Positions 1 to 8,504 of a stretch of 17,590 nt of DNA are shown here, piece by piece. How positions within the stretch are numbered: the first letter of the stretch is position 1; every line of letters starts with the position of its first letter. Both the position numbers and the translations under genes were made by a program. The notes beneath the pieces were generated by a model, which saw only the letters and a program-made list of their open reading frames with translations, ran no database searches and was not told the origin of the DNA. Source of the stretch: Bugula neritina (Eukaryota > Animalia > Bryozoa); NCBI GenBank assembly GCA_964035545.1, contig CAXIUT010000268.1:1-17590 (forward strand), in the 5' to 3' direction.

Positions 1-1
1 G

Positions 2-2209
2 GTATTGAACAGCGAAAAATTTAGTGACCCAAAAGATCTTGTTGCGTGCGTTATTCGAGGAAAGGACTCTTTTTATGGCGCAATTTTAGAAGAATACTTT
101 CGCCGCCATCCACAGGTAATGTGGCCGAGCAACCTGCAAGTGAGTGATATCAAATGGCTTTCACTTTGGCCGATTCTGAGGAACTATGGTTGGAACTATA
201 TGAAAAATTCTTCTCTTACCGGCCCATTCTATGCTCGAGAGGGTGTGACGAAAGAGGAAGCTAAGGATCCTCTAAATCTAGGATCTCGCTGTTTTAGTAC
301 TTCGAGAGAAGCTACAGAGTACATTCTTAGCCACCAGCAAGACTACAACGCAGTCTTATCCGAGTACTTTGAAAGACATCCACTGCCAGAACGTGATGAC
401 GATGAAAGCGAAAATAATGAAGAAAGTACGGAGCCGTACAACATCACCAGGAAACGAGCATCTGCTGCCCCCCAGTCTAAGTATCTATTAGAGGCCCCAC
501 AATTTGATGAAAATATTAAAAATAAAGTCATTGAAGTAATGTGGCCATTATTGGAGCGCGAGCAAAAATATTGGTGCATTAAAGGTAGCAGAACATCACC
601 GTGGACGTTCTTTCGTCCTGGAATTCACAACACTCGAGATGGTAAAGAAAACATTGACTACTTTGTTGGTGAAGAGGCACTATGGAAACACGTCCGTGAA
701 AACCATCCTGCTATATTCCAGGAAGTTTTTACGGCTAGTGAATCGACTCTAACCAAATCTTTTCAGTCGACAGGAAACAGGCGAGGCCCAAATTGCGCCG
801 TTGTGGATTCAAAATACCTTGGCGAAAATGCTCTTCCTGAGATTCCAAAGCAGGAAACACGCAAGGCGCTTGATTTCCTTTGGCCAATGGTTAAGAAAGA
901 AATGAAGCGTGACCGCTCGTCACATCGAAGCTCTTTAAAGCATGATTTTCTTCAAGCAGGCCTAAATGACACTGACGAACAAGATAAATCGGTAGACGAA
1001 GCTGCGTTTCTTGCTCATATACGGGATCGATATCCTCATTTGGTGAAAAGATACCTTTGCCATGCACGAGGAGAACAGGGTTTTGACTCAGGGAGACTGG
1101 CACGAAAGCGCCCAATTCGTAACAGTATCGGTTTTAGAAGCGATCGAAAGAGTTCTCCCATTTCAGGCAATGAAAATGTCGCTATTACGGCAGAGGAAGG
1201 AAGACGAGATAATACAAAACTGCAGCAACGCTCATACCACGAGAATCGTAGACGAAAGCGTCATTCTGAACCTATCGGGATAGGCATGGATTTGGAGCAT
1301 ACTGAGGAGAAAATTGATTCATTGAATTACTCCAAAGATAAGTGCGTATATTTCAATGATGTTTGGCCTATTCTGCAAGACCAGGGCTGGAAATTTTTTC
1401 CTGGATCTGGATTGGCGTCATTTTACTATGCGAAACCACATGTTCTACGTAAATCAGATGGACAACTTGGAATTGACATGTTCGACACGGAGGATGGCGT
1501 CGTAAAAGAGTATTTAAAATACATGGAAGAGTGTGAAAAGCAATCTGATCGAAGTACTTCAAGTGAAAGAAGCTCCAATAGCCAAGATGACGATGATGAG
1601 CTGGCAGACGAACTGGGGCGTTTTGCTATTGAAATTCTACAAACAGAGAGTAACTGGCTGCACAAACGTGGTACGCGTTTATTTCCTGACTATTTTTTGA
1701 AGCCTCCGGCAACAGAAAAGTGCGTGGCTGTTGAAGGCTCGACTCTTTTCACAGGATTTGAAGCTTTGGGAAAGCATGTAAAAGCCAACTATCCGGATAT
1801 TGTTGACCGATTTAATCATTCCACAAGAAATCACAGCGGCGAACTAGTCGAAAAGAGACTTAGCGCTCAAAAAAGTAGTTTGACTATTGAAAATTCGTCC
1901 AAGCGACGCTCATCTTCAAAGAAATCTGTGGACGGCTCGCCTAATAAGAAGTTTAAATCGTCAAAGAAGGCCAACGATTCGCAACTTTTATCCCCTCCAA
2001 TGTCGCCGCAGTCAGGTGATCGCTCATGGAGAAGGGACAGCTCAACTGTTAACAATAAGGCTTTGTTTGACTTTATATGGGCGAAATTGCAGCAGGACGG
2101 TTGGGAAACTGCTTTCATTCGACGTTCGAAGGACGGAATTACGAAGCAACTATTGTTTGGGGGGAAGAAGCTCTTGTTCAGTATGTATGTAAGGAGCGCT
2201 CAAGCTTGA
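2..2209 (+). CDS. 5'-truncated protein with tandem W-x-x-L-x(3)-GW...[YF]..P...G...F modules separated by low-complexity basic/acidic linkers; probably nuclear, function unknown
   Basis: The frame is open from the window edge (>734 codons). Modules start at about nt 164 (LWPILRNYGW...FSTSREATEYI), 539 (MWPLLE...YFVGEEALWKHV), 878 (degenerate LWPMV...EAAFLAHI), 1361 (VWPILQDQGW...MFDTEDGVV), 1628 (IEILQTESNW...LFTGFEALGKHV) and 2075 (IWAKLQQDGW). The first 36 aa (FSDPKDLV...ILEEYFRRHP) match the tail of module 1 (FSTSREAT...VLSEYFERHP), so the gene begins upstream of the window. Basic NLS-like runs are present (RRRKRH, KRRSSSKK, KKFKSSKK). The 3' end may be spliced (GTATGT at 2181/2185). Confidence 0.85.
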   Translation, partial: VLNSEKFSDPKDLVACVIRGKDSFYGAILEEYFRRHPQVMWPSNLQVSDIKWLSLWPILRNYGWNYMKNSSLTGPFYAREGVTKEEAKDPLNLGSRCFSTSREATEYILSHQQDYNAVLSEYFERHPLPERDDDESENNEESTEPYNITRKRASAAPQSKYLLEAPQFDENIKNKVIEVMWPLLEREQKYWCIKGSRTSPWTFFRPGIHNTRDGKENIDYFVGEEALWKHVRENHPAIFQEVFTASESTLTKSFQSTGNRRGPNCAVVDSKYLGENALPEIPKQETRKALDFLWPMVKKEMKRDRSSHRSSLKHDFLQAGLNDTDEQDKSVDEAAFLAHIRDRYPHLVKRYLCHARGEQGFDSGRLARKRPIRNSIGFRSDRKSSPISGNENVAITAEEGRRDNTKLQQRSYHENRRRKRHSEPIGIGMDLEHTEEKIDSLNYSKDKCVYFNDVWPILQDQGWKFFPGSGLASFYYAKPHVLRKSDGQLGIDMFDTEDGVVKEYLKYMEECEKQSDRSTSSERSSNSQDDDDELADELGRFAIEILQTESNWLHKRGTRLFPDYFLKPPATEKCVAVEGSTLFTGFEALGKHVKANYPDIVDRFNHSTRNHSGELVEKRLSAQKSSLTIENSSKRRSSSKKSVDGSPNKKFKSSKKANDSQLLSPPMSPQSGDRSWRRDSSTVNNKALFDFIWAKLQQDGWETAFIRRSKDGITKQLLFGGKKLLFSMYVRSAQA

Positions 2210-2412
2210 TAGTTGACTATGTTAGACAACAAAAGCAGTAAAATCATAAAATCAAGCAAACGATCGATTGGACATATCATCATGCTAGAAAGCAGTATAT
2301 ATACCACTTGCCATAGCGACGACCGTTTCGGCGACATCACCGAGTGAGAGCTGGGAAAAGCGCGCATTCTTTTTTCATTTAATCAGCTAAAGACAAGACA
2401 AGCCTGGATATT

Positions 2413-2928
2413 CTAACCAAACGACGATTTACTTGACTTTAGCATGTGGAACTCTTCTTTTCGAGTCATCAATGTTTTTTCTAGTTCTTCCGGAAGACGA
2501 GGGTAAAGCATCAGTTGGGGGGGGTGGCAACCAATAACAATCTAGTACGAGGGATTTTCTTGACTTTTTATGTAAAAGTTCGTATTCTTGGTAGTTTTTT
2601 CCTTTGCTGGGAATCCAAAAAGAATTGAAGCAACAGCATTTCTGTTTGAGTAGCCAGATATGTTGCCTTAAACAATGGGAATGTAATTCTTTGCGGATGA
2701 TTTCCTTGAAAGCTGATGCAAGCATTGACATTAGTTTGCTTGGAATATTCCGATTAGCCTTAGAGGTTGCAATTGGTTTCATCCAATTATTTTTGTTCTT
2801 CTTCAGATTGGAATGTTTTGAAAGAACCAAAAACCTTTTCTTGTTTCGTCTATTTCATCTTTCCGTCTTGTTGGTTGGAATCTAATAAAATCATCTCCAT
2901 TCATCGCTTTTTTAAGGTTCCTGCCCAT
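2413..2928 (-). pseudogene. Scrambled coding-like relic, possibly a decayed tyrosine-recombinase fragment
   Basis: Protein-like segments alternate among the three minus-strand frames with stops and frameshifts: MGRNLKK...GFWFFQN, ...MLASAFKEIIRKELHSHCLR..., ...LMLYPRLPEELEKTLMTRKEEFHML*. An H-x-L-R motif lies at 2666-2677. The family assignment rests on motif resemblance only. Confidence 0.25.
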
Positions 2929-3131
2929 CTATCTCTCTTTCTATCTATCTATCTCTCACTCATTTTCTCTTTCTCTCTCTCTTCCTGTCTCTCTTTCTCT
3001 CTCTTTATCTCTCTCTCCCTGTCTCTCTTGATCTCTCACTCCCTGTCTCTCTTTATCTCTCTCTCCCTGTCTTTCTTGATCTCTCCCTATCTCTCTCTCA
3101 TTTTCTCTATCTTTACCTCTCTCCCTCTCCT
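2929..3131. repeat. Polypyrimidine (CT-rich) tract containing a 24-bp tandem unit
   Basis: About 200 bp, overwhelmingly C/T on the + strand. Near-identical copies of ATCTCTCTCTCCCTGTCTCTCTTG lie at 3007-3030, 3031-3054 and 3055-3078. Confidence 0.9.
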
Positions 3132-3147
3132 TAGATTTGCTTTCTGG

Positions 3148-3935
3148 TGTCTCTGCGGTGATTGTGATCTTCCTCTGTTCTGCTGCTTGGAGTATCTCGA
3201 CTTGGTTGCTGCTGTGTCTCTGCCTTGGTTGATTGGGATCTGCCTTTGCTTGGAGCTGGACTATCCCGCCTTGGTTGTTGCTCTGCTTGAAGTATCTCGA
3301 CTTGCTTGTTGCTCTGCTTGAAGTATCTCGACTTGGTTGCTGCTGTCTCTGCGTTGGTTGATTGGGATCTTCCTCGACTTGAAGTATCTTGCCTTGGTTG
3401 CTGCTCTGCTCGAAGTATCTCGGCTTGGTTGCTGCTCTGCTTGAAGTATCTCGCCTTAGTTGCTGCTCTGCTCGAAGTATCTCGGCTTGGTTGCTGCTCT
3501 GTTTAGAAGTATCTCGACTTATTTGCTGCTGTCTCTGCCTTGGTTGATTGGGATCTGCCTTTGCTTGGAGCTGGACTATCTCGGCTTGGTTGCTGCTCTG
3601 CTTGAAGTATCTCGCCTTAGTTGCTGCCCTGCTTGAAGTATCTCGACTTGGTTGCTGCTCGGCTTAGAAGTATCTTGCCTTGGTTGCGGCTTATGCTCGA
3701 AGTATCTCGCCTTGGTTACTGCTTTGCTTGGAGTATCTCGGCTTGGTTGCTGCCCTGCTTAAAGTATCTTAACTTGGTTGCTGCTCTGCTTAGAAGTATC
3801 TTGACTTGGTTGCGGCTTATGCTTGAGGTATCTCGCCTTGGTTACTGCTTTGCTTGGAGTATCTCGCCTTAGTTGCTGCCCTGCTTAAAGTATCTTAACT
3901 TGTTTGCTGTTTATCTGCTTGGTTGCTGTTCTGCT
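3148..3935. repeat. 31-32 bp minisatellite (consensus GAAGTATCTCGNCTTGGTTGCTGCTCTGCTT), 20 units, with an interspersed second block and a 126-bp higher-order repeat
   Basis: GTATC/CTATC anchors at 3192, 3261, 3292, 3323, 3384, 3415, 3446, 3477, 3509, 3576, 3607, 3638, 3670, 3702, 3733, 3764, 3796, 3828, 3859 and 3890. A second block, GTCTCTGCCTTGGTTGATTGGGATCT, follows the units at 3192, 3323 and 3509, with a degenerate copy at ~3149. Confidence 0.95.
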
Positions 3936-3967
3936 TGCCGTTTTGGTGATTGTTAAAGTAATTTTGA

Positions 3968-5107
3968 ATGTTAAATAGAATGGTTACAATGATGGTGTCG
4001 AAGAATCCTTTGCTTTCAAGTAAGACTCTTGCTCATGCTGTATCAGGTGCTTTAGGTAGTGTAATAGCGATGGCTTTGACGTATCCTTTAGAACGTGTAA
4101 GAACAATTAAGCAACTTGATGAAGGTGATGGAATTGGACAAAGTAATAGTGATATGGAAGTGCTTCGAATGATTATTAAACGGCAAGGATTTTCTGGGTT
4201 GTTTGATGGGCTTTCCCCAATGTTGATTGCTCTTGGAGTTTCAAATCTGGTGTATTTTTATTGGTTTACCGCTTTGAAAACTCTTTATGGAATCAGTGTT
4301 CGAATTAGAAATAAAAGGCTGAAAGATTCCGCTTATCGTCATCAAAATGCAGGCCCATTAGCTAGTCTCATTCTCGCCAGCATTGCTGCTGCTGTTAATG
4401 TGCTGCTAACGACACCCATTTGGCGTGCTTATACCCGTTTTGCGGTTGCACGTCTTGAAATGTTGAAAAAGACGGCCTGCGACTCCGGAGATAATTTGAC
4501 TTCAACAACATCTCGACAAGCTAGGTATTCTGGGATTGCCGATTGCATGTATAAATTGTACAGTGAAGAAGGTCTGGCGTCGCTGTGGAAAGGGTTAGGA
4601 CCTTCACTTATCCTATGCAGTAACCCATCCATTCAATTTTCATCCTATGAATGGTTGAAGACTGTCGCTGTTGGTTGGCGCAATAGAGGGGAACTAGATT
4701 CAGGAAATGAAAACTTCGTACATAGTGTATCGTTTGATGCCACTGATAATATTAGTGTCGAAAGAAGCATAGATGATGAACTTCATGCTTACGAGTATTT
4801 ACTTCTTGGAGGAGGCAGCAAGCTGGTAGCGACGCTAGTAACTTATCCGCTACAAGTTGCACAAACTAGACTGCGAGCCGTCTCAGGTAAAAACCGGGAT
4901 GGGGAGAGCCAGAGCTTGACGACTATTTCCTGTTTATCGGATATATTTAGAAAAGAAGGGCTAGCTGGTTGGTATCGCGGTATCCAGGCGAAACTTCTTC
5001 AGACCTGCTTGACCTCTGCATTCATGTTCACATTTTACGAAAGGATATTCGGCATGGTTGCCCGGGTAACTCTTCAAAAATCCAGCTATCTACACTCAAA
5101 ACGCTAA
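3968..5107 (+). CDS. SLC25A17: Mitochondrial carrier family (SLC25) protein, peroxisomal PMP34/SLC25A17/PXN-like nucleotide/cofactor carrier
   Basis: Three carrier repeats: TYPLERVRT, NVLLTTPIWRAYTR and ATLVTYPLQVAQTR, plus EGLASLWKGLGPSLILCSNPSIQFSSYEWLK and EGLAGWYRG. The Trp in the second signature and the NPxIQF motif are typical of the peroxisomal subfamily. Alternative nearby ATGs exist at 3980, 3989 and 3992. Confidence 0.85.
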   Translation: MLNRMVTMMVSKNPLLSSKTLAHAVSGALGSVIAMALTYPLERVRTIKQLDEGDGIGQSNSDMEVLRMIIKRQGFSGLFDGLSPMLIALGVSNLVYFYWFTALKTLYGISVRIRNKRLKDSAYRHQNAGPLASLILASIAAAVNVLLTTPIWRAYTRFAVARLEMLKKTACDSGDNLTSTTSRQARYSGIADCMYKLYSEEGLASLWKGLGPSLILCSNPSIQFSSYEWLKTVAVGWRNRGELDSGNENFVHSVSFDATDNISVERSIDDELHAYEYLLLGGGSKLVATLVTYPLQVAQTRLRAVSGKNRDGESQSLTTISCLSDIFRKEGLAGWYRGIQAKLLQTCLTSAFMFTFYERIFGMVARVTLQKSSYLHSKR

Positions 5108-5364
5108 ATCAAGGTACATAAATCTCCACATTCTCGGTGAAAAAATACTTGACGAAAAGGAAACAAGCGTTTTGGGGCTAGAGCCCGTGACAAAAATGCC
5201 TAACAGTGTTGGTGCATCGAATCGCAACAGCATTGCATCCGTACACGTCACTACCTGCACAGTCTACAAAAAATGCCGACTTCGAACTGCATTATCGAAA
5301 TCATCGTCAGGAAACCTAGACACCATTCGTAGCATACTATGATACTGCGGTTTCCTTAAAATGC

Positions 5365-6765
5365 TTAGTATACGCGAATTGGTCTGTTCAATCTCTGGAG
5401 TAAAAGCAGACGATCCGCACATCGGATGACGCGTTGCAATGCCATTAACTTTATATAAGTCTTCAATAATTCTCTGCAGGATAAATTCTCACCCAACTTT
5501 TCTGCAAATTTTCTTCTGGAATCCACCTTAGCTAAGCTCTCAACCAAAGCTGATAATTTAGAATCGTGCTCAAACTTCGTATAGGTCACGTACATTTTCA
5601 ACACCAGAGAACCAGAAGCCATCGAGACAAGGTCACTAACATGCTCTTTCAAGAGGCCAAAAATCACACTTGCCGTTCTTAAACGATCACTTGGAGATTG
5701 GGCAAGAAGAACACCTGTTCGCTGCGCGCTCATTCTTTCGCGAATTTCCACGCGCAAATAGTCTTGGACAGCGTTAAAGTCAAATTCTTGAGGGGTCGCT
5801 CCACCAATTTTGTTCGATTCGTTTTTTTCTGTTCTATCATATTCACCATTTTGCGGTCGGATATCCCAATGAGTACCTTCACCAAGCAATATCCGCCAGA
5901 CTTGGTCACTGTCCTGTGAGGTTTCTTCCTGACACGTACTCTCACCTTTTAGCAAATGAATCGCCTTTCCGAGATAATCCACATGACTATTCAAGCGCTT
6001 TTCGTAAAGAAGCTTTCGCATACGGTTTATCTTAGAAAAAACCTTGTTTCGCATAGAAGCAGGTATGTCCTTTATTGGAATCCCGGGATCCGATAAAACA
6101 TCAAAATAAGTTTCATTATCTGCCACTAAATTTCCCGAATCGCCCTCTAGTCGATGTGAAAAAGAAGTATCCCCTCGCATGGCGTTGCCATATTGCTTCC
6201 CAGGATATCCCCATGGGTCAATTGTGTTCCAATCTGACCATTCATTAGGGGTTGGTTGAGGCGGGTGCAATGTCAAATCTTCGTGGGGCTCATTGTCTGA
6301 TCCCAGATCGGCAACATTTTCCCTAATTCCCAAATCCGAATCAGACAAAGTCTCAACAGTATCTAAATCATTGGATCTAGAGCGGGAAAGCGACGCAATT
6401 CTTTCTCGTCTACGCTTAGCTACTGAGTCACGCATCATTTCACACTTCGACGATATTTTGTCAGTTTGGTTCGTGGCAATATTAAACATCTGAGTCTCAG
6501 CTCCACCCCATTCCTCCCACGAGTTTGAGATTGGCTGCGACGGATGATAGTTGACGCCAAACCATGCTGGTGGAGGTTCCAAACGAGGATCACCAGCAAG
6601 AACCGTGATAGCAGGATCATATCCATAGAAACAATATCGATGGCGCCGACGCTTCCGATATGTGAAATTTCTTTTAGTGTTCAAACGCTGTGCATTTTTC
6701 TGAGAATCAGAGCCAGCTCCGGAATCCGCATCCAAGAGCTCTTGATCCTTCTCTTGGATCCGCAT
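5365..6765 (-). CDS. Hypothetical protein, 466 aa, with an NLS-like basic stretch, disordered N-terminal half and probably helical C-terminal region
   Basis: Long uninterrupted ORF with an in-frame stop two codons upstream of the ATG. Basic runs RKRRRHR and KRRRER. No domain recognised. Confidence 0.75.
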   Translation of the reverse strand: MRIQEKDQELLDADSGAGSDSQKNAQRLNTKRNFTYRKRRRHRYCFYGYDPAITVLAGDPRLEPPPAWFGVNYHPSQPISNSWEEWGGAETQMFNIATNQTDKISSKCEMMRDSVAKRRRERIASLSRSRSNDLDTVETLSDSDLGIRENVADLGSDNEPHEDLTLHPPQPTPNEWSDWNTIDPWGYPGKQYGNAMRGDTSFSHRLEGDSGNLVADNETYFDVLSDPGIPIKDIPASMRNKVFSKINRMRKLLYEKRLNSHVDYLGKAIHLLKGESTCQEETSQDSDQVWRILLGEGTHWDIRPQNGEYDRTEKNESNKIGGATPQEFDFNAVQDYLRVEIRERMSAQRTGVLLAQSPSDRLRTASVIFGLLKEHVSDLVSMASGSLVLKMYVTYTKFEHDSKLSALVESLAKVDSRRKFAEKLGENLSCRELLKTYIKLMALQRVIRCADRLLLLQRLNRPIRVY

Positions 6766-7699
6766 CTCTCAGCGTCCTCTATCTACAAATCTCTCACTTC
6801 TTCGAAACACAAGCTAAGCGGCATCAAAAGTTTCCATAAATCAATCTTTCCTTTCTTCCGAAGCAAGCCCTCTTGGGAAACAAAAGCACTGCCACAACTC
6901 GAGCCTTCTCCAGTTCCTCTAAAAGCTGCGCAAACTAAAAGGCGACACCAATTTCTGCGCAAGCAACACCAAATTCTGAAACATTGGTCCGGGCAAGGGC
7001 CGAGAGGGTCCCTTCCAATTGCATCCCCGTCTCCTTCAGTCGTTGCCGCAGTAACACAACAATGTAGCCTTAAAGTAAACGTAGTTCGCTTTCCAAAAAG
7101 CAACCAAACTAAGCTGTTTCCAAATCGACAAGCCTTCGCGCAAGGGTGAACACTGAATTCGATGGCTTGTCGTCGAACTCGAGCCCATTGACAAGCTTTT
7201 TGATTTCTATTTCTTCTTTAAATCCACACTAATGAAGAGTTTTAAGGAATTAAAGAGCAAATGCCACAAAAAGATCGCGAAAAATCAATCAATCAATCTC
7301 AAACAGGGCGGCTTCGGAGGGGCAAGTCGAGAGGCAAGCTGTGGAGAACGTCGCGAAATAATAATTCTACCGTCATTCTGAAGGCTTTCTAAGCATTATC
7401 AAACATTGTTCAGCTTTAGACGTCGATTGCAATGGCTTTAAATGAATTTCTGACAAGGCTTGGGGAATCTGAAATTTTGAGCTTTCAAGATGAACCTCGT
7501 TTGCGTTTCTTTCTTGAATCTGCCGCTAGATTTTAGATGGTCTTGTGCTTCCTGATTGATAACGATGTGATTTGTGTTGATTGGAGCTTAAAGCTTGGCT
7601 GCAGGAAGTGTTGAGGGGGCGATTTTATGATTCCAAGAAGATGCTGATATTCTAAAACATGCTCTGCTAAGAGGCAAAGCGAACGGTTTTTTGTATCAA

Positions 7700-8330
7700 T
7701 TGCCTGATGAAGCCGTCTAGAGACTCAAGATTAATCGCATTCATTGCCGTTCGTTTCATGTAAGTCAAAAGTTTGATCTACAAACGGTTTCTGAATAAGG
7801 ATTTTTCAACACTTTGCTCTTTACATGTGTTGACTGCCCTTCATGGACATCTTTGAGCTTTGACATATACCAGCAGACCATCTTTAAGCTTAGACATATG
7901 CCAACGAACCATCTCAGTCAATTGAGGCAGTTTCTTTTTGGTTTCACATAGCTGATTCACTTCGATCAGGTTCGATTAGCTTCCAATACTCAGTATTAAG
8001 GTGGCCAGTGCTTTCAATTTTAAAAGGACCATCGTCAAAGTGCTTCAGTTTGCCGCATGGATTGAGCATACCTTACCATACGCATCATGCCATGCATTGA
8101 GACCATCCGACAGCTGGCGGCTCTCTCTTCTTCTGAATTTAATGAACTGATTAAATGTGTATCTACTTGACAACAGACAACACCACTTCAAAGCCCATTG
8201 AAGCGACAGCAGACACAACTGCTTTAATGCCCATTGAGATTTTAACAATGCCAAACCTCTCTTGGAATTGATGTAAGGCAATCTCCTCTTTCAACAAAGT
8301 TCATACTGGCAGAACCTAACCCATCCCATT
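7700..8330 (-). mobile_element. Heavily degraded Ty3/gypsy-type LTR retrotransposon integrase relic (tentative)
   Basis: Minus-strand 8069-7944 reads MLNPCGKLKHFDDGPFKIESTGHLNTEYWKLIEPD, resembling the GPY/F module (KL..[RK][YW].GP[YF].I......[NT]Y.L). Upstream, 8304-8254 gives NFV..EEIALH.IPREV across frameshifts, resembling the F...EI..RFG.P.EI integrase core stretch. Many stops; no LTRs recognised; boundaries approximate. Confidence 0.4.
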
Positions 8331-8474
8331 TTTAAAGCCTTTCAAACTAATACATCGCTTATTGCTAGTGACAATTACACCCTTGAACACTCTTTCAAAT
8401 ATCCTGATCTGTCTCTTTCTTCTCTCTAACTTCGTAACGCGATAACTTCTCTCAAATCAAGAAATGTGGTATAT

Positions 8475-8504
8475 AACCTAACCTAACCTAACCTAACCTA
8501 ACCT
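8475..8504. repeat. (AACCT)6, i.e. a (TTAGG)n telomere-type pentamer tract at an interstitial site
   Basis: Six perfect AACCT units are visible directly in the sequence. Confidence 0.9.

Noticed and set aside
2604-3872. + strand ORFs 2604-2885, 2767-3321, 3306-3506 and 3621-3872 as membrane proteins
   Set aside because: They start on TTG and their Leu/Ser/Cys richness comes from the pyrimidine-rich tract and the minisatellite. The 31-bp unit shifts frame with each copy.
3148-3935. CRISPR array
   Set aside because: The units are contiguous and degenerate with no unique spacers. There are no cas genes and the context is eukaryotic.
5096-5107. C-terminal SKR of the carrier as a PTS1 signal
   Set aside because: PTS1 needs a terminal hydrophobic residue (SKL type), and peroxisomal membrane carriers use the Pex19 route.
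6730-6759. Hairpin ATCCAAGAG-12nt-CTCTTGGAT just inside the start of the 466-aa gene
   Set aside because: A 9-bp stem is not unexpected by chance in 17 kb, and nothing else supports a function.
6544-7149. 201-aa + ORF and 106-aa - ORF (6783-7103) as genes or an upstream exon
   Set aside because: No recognisable motifs. The + ORF is partly antisense to the 466-aa gene, and I found no convincing splice path joining 6783-7103 to it.
7432-7660. Short + strand frames (MALNEFLTRLGESEILSF...) with a faint SAM-like look
   Set aside because: Only 34 codons before a stop, and the similarity is too weak to call a pseudogene.
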